In this document: piece after piece, positions 1 to 10,479 of the stretch
Numbering within the stretch: the stretch's first letter is position 1
Layout of the letters: the number at the start of each line of letters is the position of its first letter
Source of the DNA: Roseovarius sp.
GTDB lineage: Bacteria > Pseudomonadota > Alphaproteobacteria > Rhodobacterales > Rhodobacteraceae
Assembly (NCBI GenBank): GCA_032251095.1
Contig: JAVVFB010000001.1
Location: 969-64,968, forward strand
Reading direction: 5' to 3'
DNA length: 64,000 nt
Translations under genes and position numbers: made by a program
Notes under the pieces: model-generated
What the model was told of the DNA's origin: nothing
Database searches by the model: none
Seen by the model: the letters and a program-made list of their open reading frames with translations, nothing else

Positions 1-1
1 G

Positions 2-175
2 ATCAGGCCCGCGCCCTATCTTGCGTCGCGCGGGCTCAAGTGGTTGCAGGTCCATGAGCCGGGCGGGCTTGGCGATGCGGCACTGCGCGAGCATCTGGTG
101 ATGTCCTATGATATGGTGGTGGCCAAACTCTCACACAAAAAGCGCGCCGAGCTTGGCGCAGGAGACCCGGAATGA
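2..175 (+). CDS. 3' end of an unidentified upstream CDS (partial at window edge)
   Basis: Frame is open from the window edge to TGA 173-175 with GC-rich third positions. The stop overlaps the kynU start (ATGA 172-175). Too short to assign a family. Confidence 0.3.
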   Translation: MRPAPYLASRGLKWLQVHEPGGLGDAALREHLVMSYDMVVAKLSHKKRAELGAGDPE

Positions 176-1365
176 CCGATTTTGCCGCCACCAAAGCGCT
201 GTTTCATCTGCCCGAGGGGGTGATTTACCTTGATGGCAATTCGCTTGGCCCCCTGCCCCGCGCCGCCGCCGCGCGGGTTCAGAAAAGGGTTCAGGAGGAA
301 TGGGGCGATTTGCTGATCACTGGCTGGAACAAGGCCGGATGGATGGCAGAGCCGGGCGTTTTGGGTGACCGGATCGGGCGGCTGATCGGGGCGGAACCGG
401 GGCATGTGGTGCTGGGCGACACATTGTCGATCAAGGTCTATCAGGCGCTTGCCGCCGCCCTTGAGATGCGCCCCAAGCGTCGGGTGATCCTGTCCGACAG
501 CGGCAATTTTCCGAGCGATCTTTACATGGCCGAAGGCTTGATCAAGGCGCTTGGGCGGGGTCACGAATTGCGCGTGGTCGCCCCCGAAGAGGTGGCGGGC
601 GCGATCACGGACGAGGTCGCGGTGACCCTGATCACCGAGGTGGATTATCGCACCGGGCGGCTGCATGACATGAAAGACCTGACCGCCCGCGCCCATGCGG
701 CGGGGGCGGTCACGGTCTGGGATCTGGCGCATAGTGCGGGCGCCTTGCCGGTCGATCTTGTCGGATGCGGCGCGGATTTTGCCGTGGGGTGCACTTATAA
801 GTACCTCAACGGCGGCCCCGGCGCGCCGGCCTTTATATATATAGCGCCGCGCCACGCAACGCGCGCCTCTCCAGCCCTCACAGGCTGGCTCGGCCATGCG
901 GCACCGTTTGCGTTTGAACCCGCGTATCGCCCCGGCAAGGGGATCGAGCGGATGCGCGTGGGCACGCCGCCGGTTCTCGCAATGGCCGCGCTTCAGGCGG
1001 CGCTTGATGTCTGGGAGGGGGTTGAGCTTGGCGATATCCGTCGTCAATCCATCGCGCTCAGCGAGTTGTTCATCGCCGAGGTCGAGGCGCTTTGTCCGAT
1101 GCTGACGCTGGCAAGCCCGCGTGATGCAAGGGCGCGCGGCTCGCAGGTGTCGTTTCGGTTCGAGCAGGGTTATGCGGCCATGCAGGCCCTGATCGCGCAG
1201 GGTGTGATTGGTGATTTCCGCGCGCCCGACCTTATGCGCTTTGGGTTTGCGCCGCTTTATATCGGGGCGGATGATGTGCAAGAGGCCGCGCGCCGTCTGG
1301 CCGATGTCATGCAAAACCGGCTCTGGGATGATCCCATCCATCAGGCCCGCGCCGCCGTCACCTGA
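172..1365 (+). CDS. kynU: kynureninase (PLP-dependent)
   Basis: 397-aa ORF with IYLDGNSLGPLP near the N-terminus, DLAHSAGALPVDL, and the PLP-lysine block GCTYKYLNGGPGAPAF typical of kynureninases. Confidence 0.85.
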   Translation: MTDFAATKALFHLPEGVIYLDGNSLGPLPRAAAARVQKRVQEEWGDLLITGWNKAGWMAEPGVLGDRIGRLIGAEPGHVVLGDTLSIKVYQALAAALEMRPKRRVILSDSGNFPSDLYMAEGLIKALGRGHELRVVAPEEVAGAITDEVAVTLITEVDYRTGRLHDMKDLTARAHAAGAVTVWDLAHSAGALPVDLVGCGADFAVGCTYKYLNGGPGAPAFIYIAPRHATRASPALTGWLGHAAPFAFEPAYRPGKGIERMRVGTPPVLAMAALQAALDVWEGVELGDIRRQSIALSELFIAEVEALCPMLTLASPRDARARGSQVSFRFEQGYAAMQALIAQGVIGDFRAPDLMRFGFAPLYIGADDVQEAARRLADVMQNRLWDDPIHQARAAVT

Positions 1366-1597
1366 GGGCGCAACGGGCGGCACAACCCTGAGGGTGCCCT
1401 GCCCTGATCCTGCCCCAATCTGTCTAAAATTTACCTGAAATTGCGCGAATTGCCGCCGCAGACACTGTGTATCCATTTTGGAAACAACGGGATGCGCGAG
1501 CGGTCAAAGCATCCCCAAGCGCAGGGCGGCACCAAGATCACCCGCGCGGCAGAGGCAGCAGCGGGTCGTGTTTTCCCGCGTGGCAGGAGTGAACGGG

Positions 1598-3838
1598 ATG
1601 CCCGTTTTTGATGTACGGTTTTACGATGCAAACCCCGCCGGTATTTTCTCGACCCGCATCGGCAGCAGCTTTACCTGGACCGGCCCCGCTCTCGCGACGG
1701 GCAGTGCGACCATCACCGATAATGAGCCGGGCATTCAGGGTCTGACCCTTGACGACGACAGCGCGGGCGGCGAGACCGCAACCGCCGATGTCACGGTCAA
1801 CGGCCTGACCTCGACCGGGTCTACAGTTGATGCCGAGCTGGCCTGGACCATCCTTGATACGGTCACCGGACAGACCTTTCAGGTGGTTCAGTTTCAGGTC
1901 GAAGTCGGTGGCGCGACCGGGTTTTACACGCTGTCTGAAATACCGCTGGTGGTGGGCCGGAGCTATCAGGTGCTGGCTTACGATACCAATCCCAATGCCG
2001 CGGCGGGCGATCCGGCGTTCAACTATACGGAATTCACCGATGGCATCGTTTCGGGAACCGTTGGCAATGACACGATCGACGCGGGCTATTCCGACAGCCA
2101 TGGCGATGCGGTGGATGATGGCATTGGCGGTGGCGTGTCGGGCAATGACGATGTCATCGACGCCGATGGCGGCAATGACATCGTGCTTGCAGGGCTTGGC
2201 AATGACACGGTTTTCGGTGGCGCGGGCAATGACACGCTTGATGGCGGTACAAATGATGACGAGCTGATCGGCGAAAGTGGCCAGGATTCGATGCTTGGCG
2301 GCGATGGCAATGACACGATTTACGGCGGCAGTGATCCGACCAATTTCACCGGCACCGGCGGAACCAACACGGTCAGCACCTCGTTTCAGGTGATGAACCT
2401 TGGCAACTTTGCCGATATCGACCCCGATGAAACCAACGGCATCACCGAGAACATGGCCGATCTGTTCGGCACCTACGGCGGGCTGGACGATCCGCTTTAC
2501 GGGCGGCTGACGGATGTCGTCACCTCTGATCCGAACGGGTCTGGCAATGTCGATGACAACGACAATGGCGCCACCCCCGAGACCATCACCATCGGCGGCG
2601 TCGCGTATAACATCGACTCGGTTCAGGTCTATAATGCCACCCTGACCTTTGCCGATGGCACCACCGGCAACATCTCGGCGGTGGTGTTTCAGACCACCAC
2701 GGGCGATGTTTTCCTTGCCCCGGAACTGGCGGTGAATGCCGACAATGCGCTGATGACCAGCAAGCCGATCGTGTCGATCTCGCTGAACAGTGTGAACGCG
2801 GATAACGGATCATTGGCGGCGACGCGGGTGGATGCGGATTTCAAGGTGCCAACACCGGACGAGAGCGGCGATTTCATCGACGGCGGTGCCGGGGATGACC
2901 TGATCTTTGGCAACGAGGGCGACGACACGCTAACCGGCAGCACCGGGGAGGACACGCTTTATGGCGGCACCGGCAATGACATCCTGTTCGTATCACAGGG
3001 CGACGCGGCCTTTGGCAGCGATGGCGACGATCTGTTCATCATCGAAGACCTTGGCGAGGCCGGCAGCGGCACGATCAACATCGTTGGCGGTGAAGGCAAT
3101 GAAACCGGCGGTGACACGCTTCAGCTCAACGCTGATGTGACGCCGAGCGACATCACTTTTACCAACACAGATGACGCAGCGGGCGGGTTGTCGGGCAATT
3201 TCACGATGGCGGATGGCACGGTTGTCACCTTCTCGGAGATCGAGAACATCATCTGTTTCACCCCCGGCGCGCGGATCCTGACGCCGCATGGCGAGCGCGC
3301 GATTGAAACGCTGCGCCCCGGCGACATGGTGATCACCCGCGATCACGGGCCCCGGCCGATCCGCTGGATCGGAAGCCGCAGGGTGGCGGGCGTTGACAAA
3401 TTCGCCCCGATTTCCATTGCGGCGCATGTGCTTGACGGGGCGACGCGCCCGCTCTTGGTATCGCCGCAGCACCGGCTTTTGTTCACCGGCTACAAGGCCG
3501 AGCTTTTGTTTGGCTGCGACGAGGTTCTGGTCGCCGCCAGACATCTTGTGGATGGGCGCGACGTGGTTGCGACCGAGCAGGCAGAGGTGACCTATATCCA
3601 CATGATGCTTGACGAGCACGAGGTGGTTTATGCCGATGGCGCCGCCACCGAAAGCTTTCACGCCGGCGACATCGGGATTTCGGCAATCTCGGATCAGTCC
3701 CGCGATGAAATGTTCCGCGTTTTCCCAGAGTTGCGCGCCAACCCCAATGCTTACGGCAAGACCGCACGCCCCTGTCTCAAACGCCATGAGGCGCGGCTTT
3801 TGCTGCCGACCCCGGCACCAGTGTTGATCGCGGCATGA
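1598..3838 (+). CDS. RTX (hemolysin-type Ca-binding repeat) protein with C-terminal Hint/BIL domain
   Basis: ATG 1598 follows GGAG. Runs of GGxGxD nonapeptides (GGAGNDTLDGGTNDDELIG...). The C-terminus ...SEIENIICFTPGARILTPHGERAIETLRPGDMVITRDHG...TESFHAGD has a Hint-type fold with Cys at the domain start (codon 3254-3256). Confidence 0.8.
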   Translation: MPVFDVRFYDANPAGIFSTRIGSSFTWTGPALATGSATITDNEPGIQGLTLDDDSAGGETATADVTVNGLTSTGSTVDAELAWTILDTVTGQTFQVVQFQVEVGGATGFYTLSEIPLVVGRSYQVLAYDTNPNAAAGDPAFNYTEFTDGIVSGTVGNDTIDAGYSDSHGDAVDDGIGGGVSGNDDVIDADGGNDIVLAGLGNDTVFGGAGNDTLDGGTNDDELIGESGQDSMLGGDGNDTIYGGSDPTNFTGTGGTNTVSTSFQVMNLGNFADIDPDETNGITENMADLFGTYGGLDDPLYGRLTDVVTSDPNGSGNVDDNDNGATPETITIGGVAYNIDSVQVYNATLTFADGTTGNISAVVFQTTTGDVFLAPELAVNADNALMTSKPIVSISLNSVNADNGSLAATRVDADFKVPTPDESGDFIDGGAGDDLIFGNEGDDTLTGSTGEDTLYGGTGNDILFVSQGDAAFGSDGDDLFIIEDLGEAGSGTINIVGGEGNETGGDTLQLNADVTPSDITFTNTDDAAGGLSGNFTMADGTVVTFSEIENIICFTPGARILTPHGERAIETLRPGDMVITRDHGPRPIRWIGSRRVAGVDKFAPISIAAHVLDGATRPLLVSPQHRLLFTGYKAELLFGCDEVLVAARHLVDGRDVVATEQAEVTYIHMMLDEHEVVYADGAATESFHAGDIGISAISDQSRDEMFRVFPELRANPNAYGKTARPCLKRHEARLLLPTPAPVLIAA

Positions 3839-4024
3839 GAGGGACGGCGCAAATGTGGCAGAATGGATAGTGCATGCCCAAATGCCACCCAATTCATGCC
3901 GTCCTCTGGAATTAATAAAAACCTAACCAACCGGGCCTAATGTGGCGTGAGCCCCATGACATGGCCGAGAAAAATACAATTTCTCGGGTCAAGTGCCTGA
4001 ATATAACGTCTGGAGTAATGATTT

Positions 4025-7000
4025 ATGGCAATCGGGTATCTTGTCAGCCTTGGGAATAACAGCCTTGATTCGGGCGATGCAATTTCGGCAACCCAATCAA
4101 CCTTCAACATCGACAGCACCCTTGGCACCGGCAAGTGGACGTGGAGCGGCATCTGGTCAAATGACGGAAATTTCTATTCGAACGTCACCGATACCGGCAC
4201 TTATTTCCTGGGCGACGATGGCAATGTCTATTTCACGCCTGACACCTGGTTTACCGATAGCGGCACGGCAAGCGTCGTTTCGGCGCCAAGCTATACCGAC
4301 ACCACCGATGGCGTGGTTGACGGCACGGCCGGCGACGATCTGATCGACACCGAATTCACGGACGCACAGGGCGATGGAGTGGACTCTGATTCCCCCGCCA
4401 GCAAGAACGATTCGATCGAGGCGGGCGACGGTCAGGATACGGTGATTGCCGGGGATGGCGACGACACGGTTCGCGGTGGCACCGGCGATGACCTGATCTT
4501 TGGCGACGGTGGCGATGGCGGCACCTTTGCCGGCACGATTGGTAACTTTACCCTGAGCGCGGCCAATATCTCGGAGTCCGGTGCGGGCACCGGCGGCCCC
4601 GTGGGCCAGTTCGCGACCTATGACAGCGTCGCCACCACCGATACCGGCACCGTCGTGCAGATGCGCGTGACCGTGATCGATGTCGAAGACCCGAACATGA
4701 TCGTCGACCTTGCCGATACAATCGGGCTCAACTCCGATAGCGCTGTGGCTGCGGGCACCGGCGTGACCTTTCGGTTCGAGTTTTTCGATCAGGCCACGGG
4801 CGAGCCGATCCAGATCGACGGCGCCCTGACATTCCGCGATATCGACACTGTCGCCGAAAGCGTAAGTGCCTCGTCAAGCGATGTGACCGGCCTTGCCCTG
4901 TCCGGCAATCCGGCCACAAACCTGACCGCAACCGCGACCGCAGACACGCTGACCGCCTCGTCCGACGGCACCAGCTCGGGCTTTGCCGACGAAAACCATT
5001 GGGCGCAGTTCCTCTTTGAGGGACAGTCGTCGATGGATTTCACCATGACGTCGCGGGCCGCCTTTACCGCCTACGACTTTGGCTCTTTCCAATTCGCGAA
5101 TACGTCCGTCATCACCGCATCGACCCCAATCACGATGAACGACCTGCTTGATGGCGGCGAAGGCGCCGACACGATCTTTGGCGAGGCGGGGGATGACACC
5201 ATTCTTGGCGGCGATGGCAACGATCTGTTGAGCGGCGGCATCGGCAACAACAGCCTTGCCGGCGGGGCGGGCGATGACACCTTCGTGGCGGGGGACGGCG
5301 CCGATACCTTCTCTGGTGATAGCGGGCTTGATATCATCGACTATTCGGCCTCGGGCAGCGGCGTTTCGGTCGATCTCAGCACAAACACCCTGAGCGGTGG
5401 CGCTGCGGCCAATGACGTGATCGCCGGCGGCATCGACGGCATCATCGGCTCGGATTTCAACGACACCCTGACCGGCTTTGATGGCTCGGGCGCGGATTAC
5501 ACCAACGTGCTTGATGGCGGCGCGGGCGACGACCTTATTGATGGCCGCGACAGTGGCGACAGCCTTATGGGCGGCGACGGCAGCGATACCATTCTGGGCG
5601 GCGGCGGCGATGATACCATCCTCGGCCAAGGCGGCGACGACAGCATCATTCTGGCCGACGGCTTTGGCAATGACGTGATCACCGGCGGCGAAACCGGCGA
5701 AACCCTCGGCGATACGCTTGATCTGTCGGCTCTCACCGGCCCGACCACGGTTGATTTGACAAGTGCCGACCCCGAAGCCGGTAACGTCAGCGATGGCACC
5801 TCAACTGCCACCTTTACCGAGATCGAGAATATCGTGCTTGGCAGCGGTATCAACACGATTGTGCTGGCCGATGGGTCCGGCAATGATGCGGTCACCGGCT
5901 TTGCCGCGCCGACGGATAATGGCGACAGCACCTTCACCGGCCGCGATCAGCTTGACGTCAGCGGCCTTCAGGACCTGAACGGCAATCCGGTCAACACCGT
6001 TGATACGGTCGTGACCAGTGACGCCGATGGCAACGCGGTTCTCACCTTTCCGGGCGGCGAAAGCCTTACTCTGATTGGTGTCTCTCCCGCCTCGATCTCA
6101 GATCCGGCGGCCCTGGCCGCAATGGGCGTTCCCCTGGCCGGGCCGGTTGATGGCACCGCGGGCGCGGACCTCATCAATACCGCCTATCTTGGCGATCCCG
6201 AGGGTGACCGGATCGACGGCAATGATGCCCCGGATGGCAGCAACGACGACACAGTTCTGGCCGGCGATGGCAATGACAGCATCGACAGCGGCCTTGGCAA
6301 TGACCTTGTCTTTGCCGGGTCCGGCGACGATGAAATCTTTCTTGATGCCGTACTTCAGAACGACACGATCTATGGTGGCGAGGGTGGCGAGACCGCAGGC
6401 GAAGGTGACCGGATCAACTTTTCCGCGATTTCCACCCCTTTGACGATCAATTTCACCGCCCCCGAGGCCGGAACGATCACCGATGGCACCTCGGTCACCA
6501 AGTTCTTCGAGATCGAGCGTTTCCAGATGGGCACCGGCAGTGACACGGTCATCGGCTCGGACGGTGTGGAAGAGATCATCGGCAACTTCGGCAATGACAG
6601 CATCATCGCGGGCGGCGGCAATGACACGGTGTTTTCCGGCTTTGACGACGACTATGTCGAAGGGGGCGCGGGCGACGATTCGCTTGTGGCCTCATCCGGC
6701 GCCGACACGATTGACGGCGGCACCGGCAATGACCAGATCGACCTTGGCCCCGGCGACGGCGAGGTCGACGTTCTGGTGCTTCAGGACGGCTCTGGCGTAG
6801 ATGTGGTTTCAAGTTTCGAGGCCCCGGTCGACAATGGCGACGGCACCTTTACCGGGCGCGATCAGTTTGACGTCGCCGGATTGACTGACGCCAGCGGCAA
6901 CCCGGTCACGACCGAGGATGTCACCGTCTCCGAGGATGCGGGCGGCAATGCCGTCCTTACCTTCCCCGGCGGCGAGAGCGTGACGCTGGTGGGTGTGCCG

Positions 7001-9469
7001 ATCGCGGATGTCCAGAACCCCGATCAGCTGGTGGCGATGGGTATTCCGCCCTCTGTCGGCAACTTCATCGTCGAGGGCACAGCCGGCGGCGATCTTATTG
7101 ACGCGGCCTATCTTGGCGATCCGCAAGGTGACCGGATCGACAACAACGACGCGGCTGACGGCGGCAACGACGACGTGGTGTTCGCCGGGTTCGGCGACGA
7201 CACCATCCTCGGTGGCGACGGCGCGGATGAGATCCACGGCGAGGACGGCAATGACAGCGCCGAGGGCGGCATCGGCGATGACACGCTCTTTGGCGCGGGC
7301 GGCAATGACACGCTGTCGGGCGGCGACGGCAACGACAGCATGGAGGGCTTTACCGGGTCCGATCTGTTGATCGGCGGCGCAGGCGACGACTATCTCGACG
7401 GCGGCACCGAAGCCGATACACTGTTTGGCGGCGACGGCAACGACACGCTGCTTGCGGGCAGCGATGTAGCCGATGACAGCCTTGATGGCGGCGCTGGCAA
7501 CGACAGCCTCAGCGCAGGCGGCGGCAATGACACGCTTCTGGGCGGCACCGGCGACGACCTTGTCTTTGCGGCCGAGGGCGACGACCTCATCGTCATGGCC
7601 GACGATTTCGGCAATGACACCATCGACGGCTGGACGAATGGCGCGGGCGGCGACACGCTGGATGCGGGTGCGGTCACGCAAGATACCGTGCTCGACCTGA
7701 CGGCGGGCGATCCGGGCAATCCCGAACAGGGCACGCTCTCGAACGGCACCCAGACGGCACAATTCAGTGAGATCGAGACCGTCATCCTCGGCTCGGGCAA
7801 CGATCAGGTGATCGGCTCGGGTGGTGACGACAGCGTCAGCACCGGCGCGGGCGCCGATACTGTCGATGGCGGCGCGGGCGACGACAGCTTTGATGTCGGC
7901 GCAGGCGACGGCGCGGTGGATACGGTTGTCTTTGGCGACACCGACGGCAGTGACACAATCACCGGGTTCGAGGCCCCCATCGACAATGGTGACGGCACCT
8001 TTACCGGCCAGGACCAGCTTGACGTCTCGGGCCTGACCGATGCCGATGGCAACCCGGTCAACGTGGCCGATGTAACCGTCACCGACGATGGCAGCGGCAA
8101 CGCGGTGCTGTCATTCCCCAATGGTGAAAGCATCACCCTTTTGGGCATTGCCCCCGCCGATGTGACCGACCATGACGCGCTTGCGGCCATGGGAATTGCG
8201 CAAACCGATTACATTGTCGAGGGCACCGCCGGGGACGACCTGATTGATGCCGACTATACCGGCGATCCGGATGGCGATCTTGTCGACAATCTTGACAGCC
8301 GGACCAATGGCAATGACGACACCATCCTTGCGGGCGACGGCAATGACACGGTTCTGGTCGGGCTTGGCGACGACTCCGTGCGCGCCGGGGCGGGCGACGA
8401 TTCTGTCTCTGGCGGCGATGGCAATGACAGTATTTTCGGTGACGAAGATAACGATACGCTTTTCGGTGGCACCGGTGACGACCTTTTGGATGGCGGCACA
8501 GGCGATGACGTCCTGTTGGGTGAGGACGGCTCTGACACGCTTTTGGGCGGGGATGGCAATGACCTTCTGACTGGCGGAATCGGCGCCGACAGCATTGTCG
8601 GCGGCAGCGGTGCCGACACGATTGAGGTCGCACAGGGCGACATTGCCGAGGGGGGCGATGGCGACGACACCTTCATCCTTAGCGATCTTGGCGAGGCCGG
8701 TAGCGGCGCGATCACGATCATCGGCGGCGAAGGTGGTGAAACCGCAGGTGACACGCTGTTTCTGACGCCCGAGATCGGGCGCGACGACATCACCTTCACC
8801 AATACCGACGACGCGGCGGGCGGCCTGTCGGGGACATTCGAGTTCAATGGGGCGGTGGTCAACTTCTCCGAGATCGAGAACATCATCTGCTTCACCCCCG
8901 GCGCGCGCATTCTGACGCAGTTTGGCGAACGGGCGATTGAAACCCTGCAACTGGGCGACATGGTGGTGACGCGCGATCACGGGCTTCAACCGATCCGCTG
9001 GATCGGTCAGCGGACCGTGCCCGGCATTGGCGATTTTGCCCCGATCTCGGTCGCGTCAAGCGTGATGGAGGGCGCGCGCGAGGGGTTGCTTGTGTCGCCG
9101 CAACACCGCATCTTGTTCACCGGCTATCGCGCCGAGCTTTTGTTTGGCGAAAGCGAGGTTCTGGTGGCGGCCAAGCATTTGATCAATGCCCGTGATGTGC
9201 GCGTCTGCCCGCGCGACGAGGTGACCTATATCCACATCATGTTCGATCGCCACGAGGTGATCTATGCCGAGGGCATCGCAACCGAAAGCTTTCATGCTGG
9301 GGATACGGCGCTAACTGCGATCACCGCACCGGCGCGAGAAGAGCTTTTCGCGATCTTCCCGGAATTGCGCAGCGCGCCGGGCCGTCATCGCGACACCGCG
9401 CGCACCTGCCTTAAACGGCACGAGGCGCAGCTGTTGCGCGGCGATACATCAGAAGATTGGATGGCCTGA
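4025..9469 (+). CDS. giant RTX-repeat protein (1814 aa) with three internal ~1-kb modules and C-terminal Hint/BIL domain
   Basis: ATG 4025 follows GGAG. Dozens of GGxGxD repeats. C-terminal ~280 aa are paralogous to the preceding gene (NIICFTPGARILTQFGERAIETL..., Cys codon 8888-8890). Confidence 0.85.
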   Translation: MAIGYLVSLGNNSLDSGDAISATQSTFNIDSTLGTGKWTWSGIWSNDGNFYSNVTDTGTYFLGDDGNVYFTPDTWFTDSGTASVVSAPSYTDTTDGVVDGTAGDDLIDTEFTDAQGDGVDSDSPASKNDSIEAGDGQDTVIAGDGDDTVRGGTGDDLIFGDGGDGGTFAGTIGNFTLSAANISESGAGTGGPVGQFATYDSVATTDTGTVVQMRVTVIDVEDPNMIVDLADTIGLNSDSAVAAGTGVTFRFEFFDQATGEPIQIDGALTFRDIDTVAESVSASSSDVTGLALSGNPATNLTATATADTLTASSDGTSSGFADENHWAQFLFEGQSSMDFTMTSRAAFTAYDFGSFQFANTSVITASTPITMNDLLDGGEGADTIFGEAGDDTILGGDGNDLLSGGIGNNSLAGGAGDDTFVAGDGADTFSGDSGLDIIDYSASGSGVSVDLSTNTLSGGAAANDVIAGGIDGIIGSDFNDTLTGFDGSGADYTNVLDGGAGDDLIDGRDSGDSLMGGDGSDTILGGGGDDTILGQGGDDSIILADGFGNDVITGGETGETLGDTLDLSALTGPTTVDLTSADPEAGNVSDGTSTATFTEIENIVLGSGINTIVLADGSGNDAVTGFAAPTDNGDSTFTGRDQLDVSGLQDLNGNPVNTVDTVVTSDADGNAVLTFPGGESLTLIGVSPASISDPAALAAMGVPLAGPVDGTAGADLINTAYLGDPEGDRIDGNDAPDGSNDDTVLAGDGNDSIDSGLGNDLVFAGSGDDEIFLDAVLQNDTIYGGEGGETAGEGDRINFSAISTPLTINFTAPEAGTITDGTSVTKFFEIERFQMGTGSDTVIGSDGVEEIIGNFGNDSIIAGGGNDTVFSGFDDDYVEGGAGDDSLVASSGADTIDGGTGNDQIDLGPGDGEVDVLVLQDGSGVDVVSSFEAPVDNGDGTFTGRDQFDVAGLTDASGNPVTTEDVTVSEDAGGNAVLTFPGGESVTLVGVPIADVQNPDQLVAMGIPPSVGNFIVEGTAGGDLIDAAYLGDPQGDRIDNNDAADGGNDDVVFAGFGDDTILGGDGADEIHGEDGNDSAEGGIGDDTLFGAGGNDTLSGGDGNDSMEGFTGSDLLIGGAGDDYLDGGTEADTLFGGDGNDTLLAGSDVADDSLDGGAGNDSLSAGGGNDTLLGGTGDDLVFAAEGDDLIVMADDFGNDTIDGWTNGAGGDTLDAGAVTQDTVLDLTAGDPGNPEQGTLSNGTQTAQFSEIETVILGSGNDQVIGSGGDDSVSTGAGADTVDGGAGDDSFDVGAGDGAVDTVVFGDTDGSDTITGFEAPIDNGDGTFTGQDQLDVSGLTDADGNPVNVADVTVTDDGSGNAVLSFPNGESITLLGIAPADVTDHDALAAMGIAQTDYIVEGTAGDDLIDADYTGDPDGDLVDNLDSRTNGNDDTILAGDGNDTVLVGLGDDSVRAGAGDDSVSGGDGNDSIFGDEDNDTLFGGTGDDLLDGGTGDDVLLGEDGSDTLLGGDGNDLLTGGIGADSIVGGSGADTIEVAQGDIAEGGDGDDTFILSDLGEAGSGAITIIGGEGGETAGDTLFLTPEIGRDDITFTNTDDAAGGLSGTFEFNGAVVNFSEIENIICFTPGARILTQFGERAIETLQLGDMVVTRDHGLQPIRWIGQRTVPGIGDFAPISVASSVMEGAREGLLVSPQHRILFTGYRAELLFGESEVLVAAKHLINARDVRVCPRDEVTYIHIMFDRHEVIYAEGIATESFHAGDTALTAITAPAREELFAIFPELRSAPGRHRDTARTCLKRHEAQLLRGDTSEDWMA

Positions 9470-9480
9470 CCGGGCCATCC
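9459..9480. terminator. stem-loop at the end of the giant RTX gene
   Basis: GGATGGCC (9459-9466) pairs with GGCCATCC (9473-9480). The 6-nt loop holds the TGA stop, and TTAT follows. It lies between convergent genes. Confidence 0.4.
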
Positions 9481-9494
9481 TTATCGCCAGATTC

Positions 9495-10271
9495 TCAGGC
9501 GGATTTAAGAACCGGCGTCACGCGCCCCGCCGCCCAGACCCGCACCGCATCGCCAAAGGCACAAAATAGCGGGCGGCTGACGGGATCGTTGGCCGCATTC
9601 CATTCCGGGTGCCACTGCACCGAGAGGGTAAAGCCCGGCGCGTCCTCGACATAAAGCGCCTCGGGTGTGCCATCGGGCGCATGGCCGTCGATGATAATGC
9701 CATGCCCGGGGCGCACAACCCCCTGCCCGTGCAAGGTATTGGTCATCACCTCTTGCGCCCCCATCAGGCGGTGAAACACGCCGCCCGGCGTAAAGCGCAC
9801 ACAATGGCGCAGGGCGAACTGTTCCGCCATGGTGCCATCGGGGGGCATGCGGTGATTGTCGCGCCCCGGCAGGTCGCGGATCTCGGGGTGCAGGCTTCCG
9901 CCAAGAGCCACGTTAACTTCTTGAAACCCGCGGCAAATCCCAAAGAACGGCTGCCCCCGCTCAAGACAGGCGCGCACCAGCGGCAGGGTGATCGCATCAC
10001 GCGCGCGGTCAAACGCGCCATGCGCCTCGGTTGCCTCTTCGCCATATTCCTCAGGGTGAACATTGGGCCGCCCGCCGGTCAGCAGGAACCCGTCGCAGGC
10101 CTCAAGCAGTTCCGGCACGCTCACAAAGCGCGGATCAGAGGGCACGATCAGCGGCATGCACCCGGCAACATCGGCCACAGCAGAGGAATTCATCGTGCCC
10201 CCCGCATGCATCGGATAGCGATTATCAATCACATATTCATTGCCAATAATGCCGACGATCGGGCGTTTCAT
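9495..10271 (-). CDS. gamma-glutamyl-gamma-aminobutyrate hydrolase family protein (class I glutamine amidotransferase / peptidase C26)
   Basis: 258 aa with the nucleophile elbow FFGICRGFQEVNVALGG and the His block LSVQWHPEW. Confidence 0.8.
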   Translation of the reverse strand: MKRPIVGIIGNEYVIDNRYPMHAGGTMNSSAVADVAGCMPLIVPSDPRFVSVPELLEACDGFLLTGGRPNVHPEEYGEEATEAHGAFDRARDAITLPLVRACLERGQPFFGICRGFQEVNVALGGSLHPEIRDLPGRDNHRMPPDGTMAEQFALRHCVRFTPGGVFHRLMGAQEVMTNTLHGQGVVRPGHGIIIDGHAPDGTPEALYVEDAPGFTLSVQWHPEWNAANDPVSRPLFCAFGDAVRVWAAGRVTPVLKSA

Positions 10272-10479
10272 AGCTGTCCTGTGCGTGCTGGTTCATTCAC
10301 TCGTATCTCATCTAAATATAGCTTAAAATTGAATAATAAAACATCAAAGCACGCACATGAATCTGTGCTCAGCCGCAGAGCTGCACAGAGTTTACGCACC
10401 GCTTGTTCATCTTGCCCTGCCAGTGTCGAGCCTGTGAACGGTGCACTGCGGGCGCGGTTCTTGGCCCTGTCCGGCCCCG

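Noticed and set aside
106-1476. 456-aa ORF on the minus strand covering all of kynU
   Set aside because: It is a shadow ORF antisense to a well-supported gene. It is Arg/Gly/Pro/Ala-rich with no motifs, as expected by chance in ~65% GC DNA.
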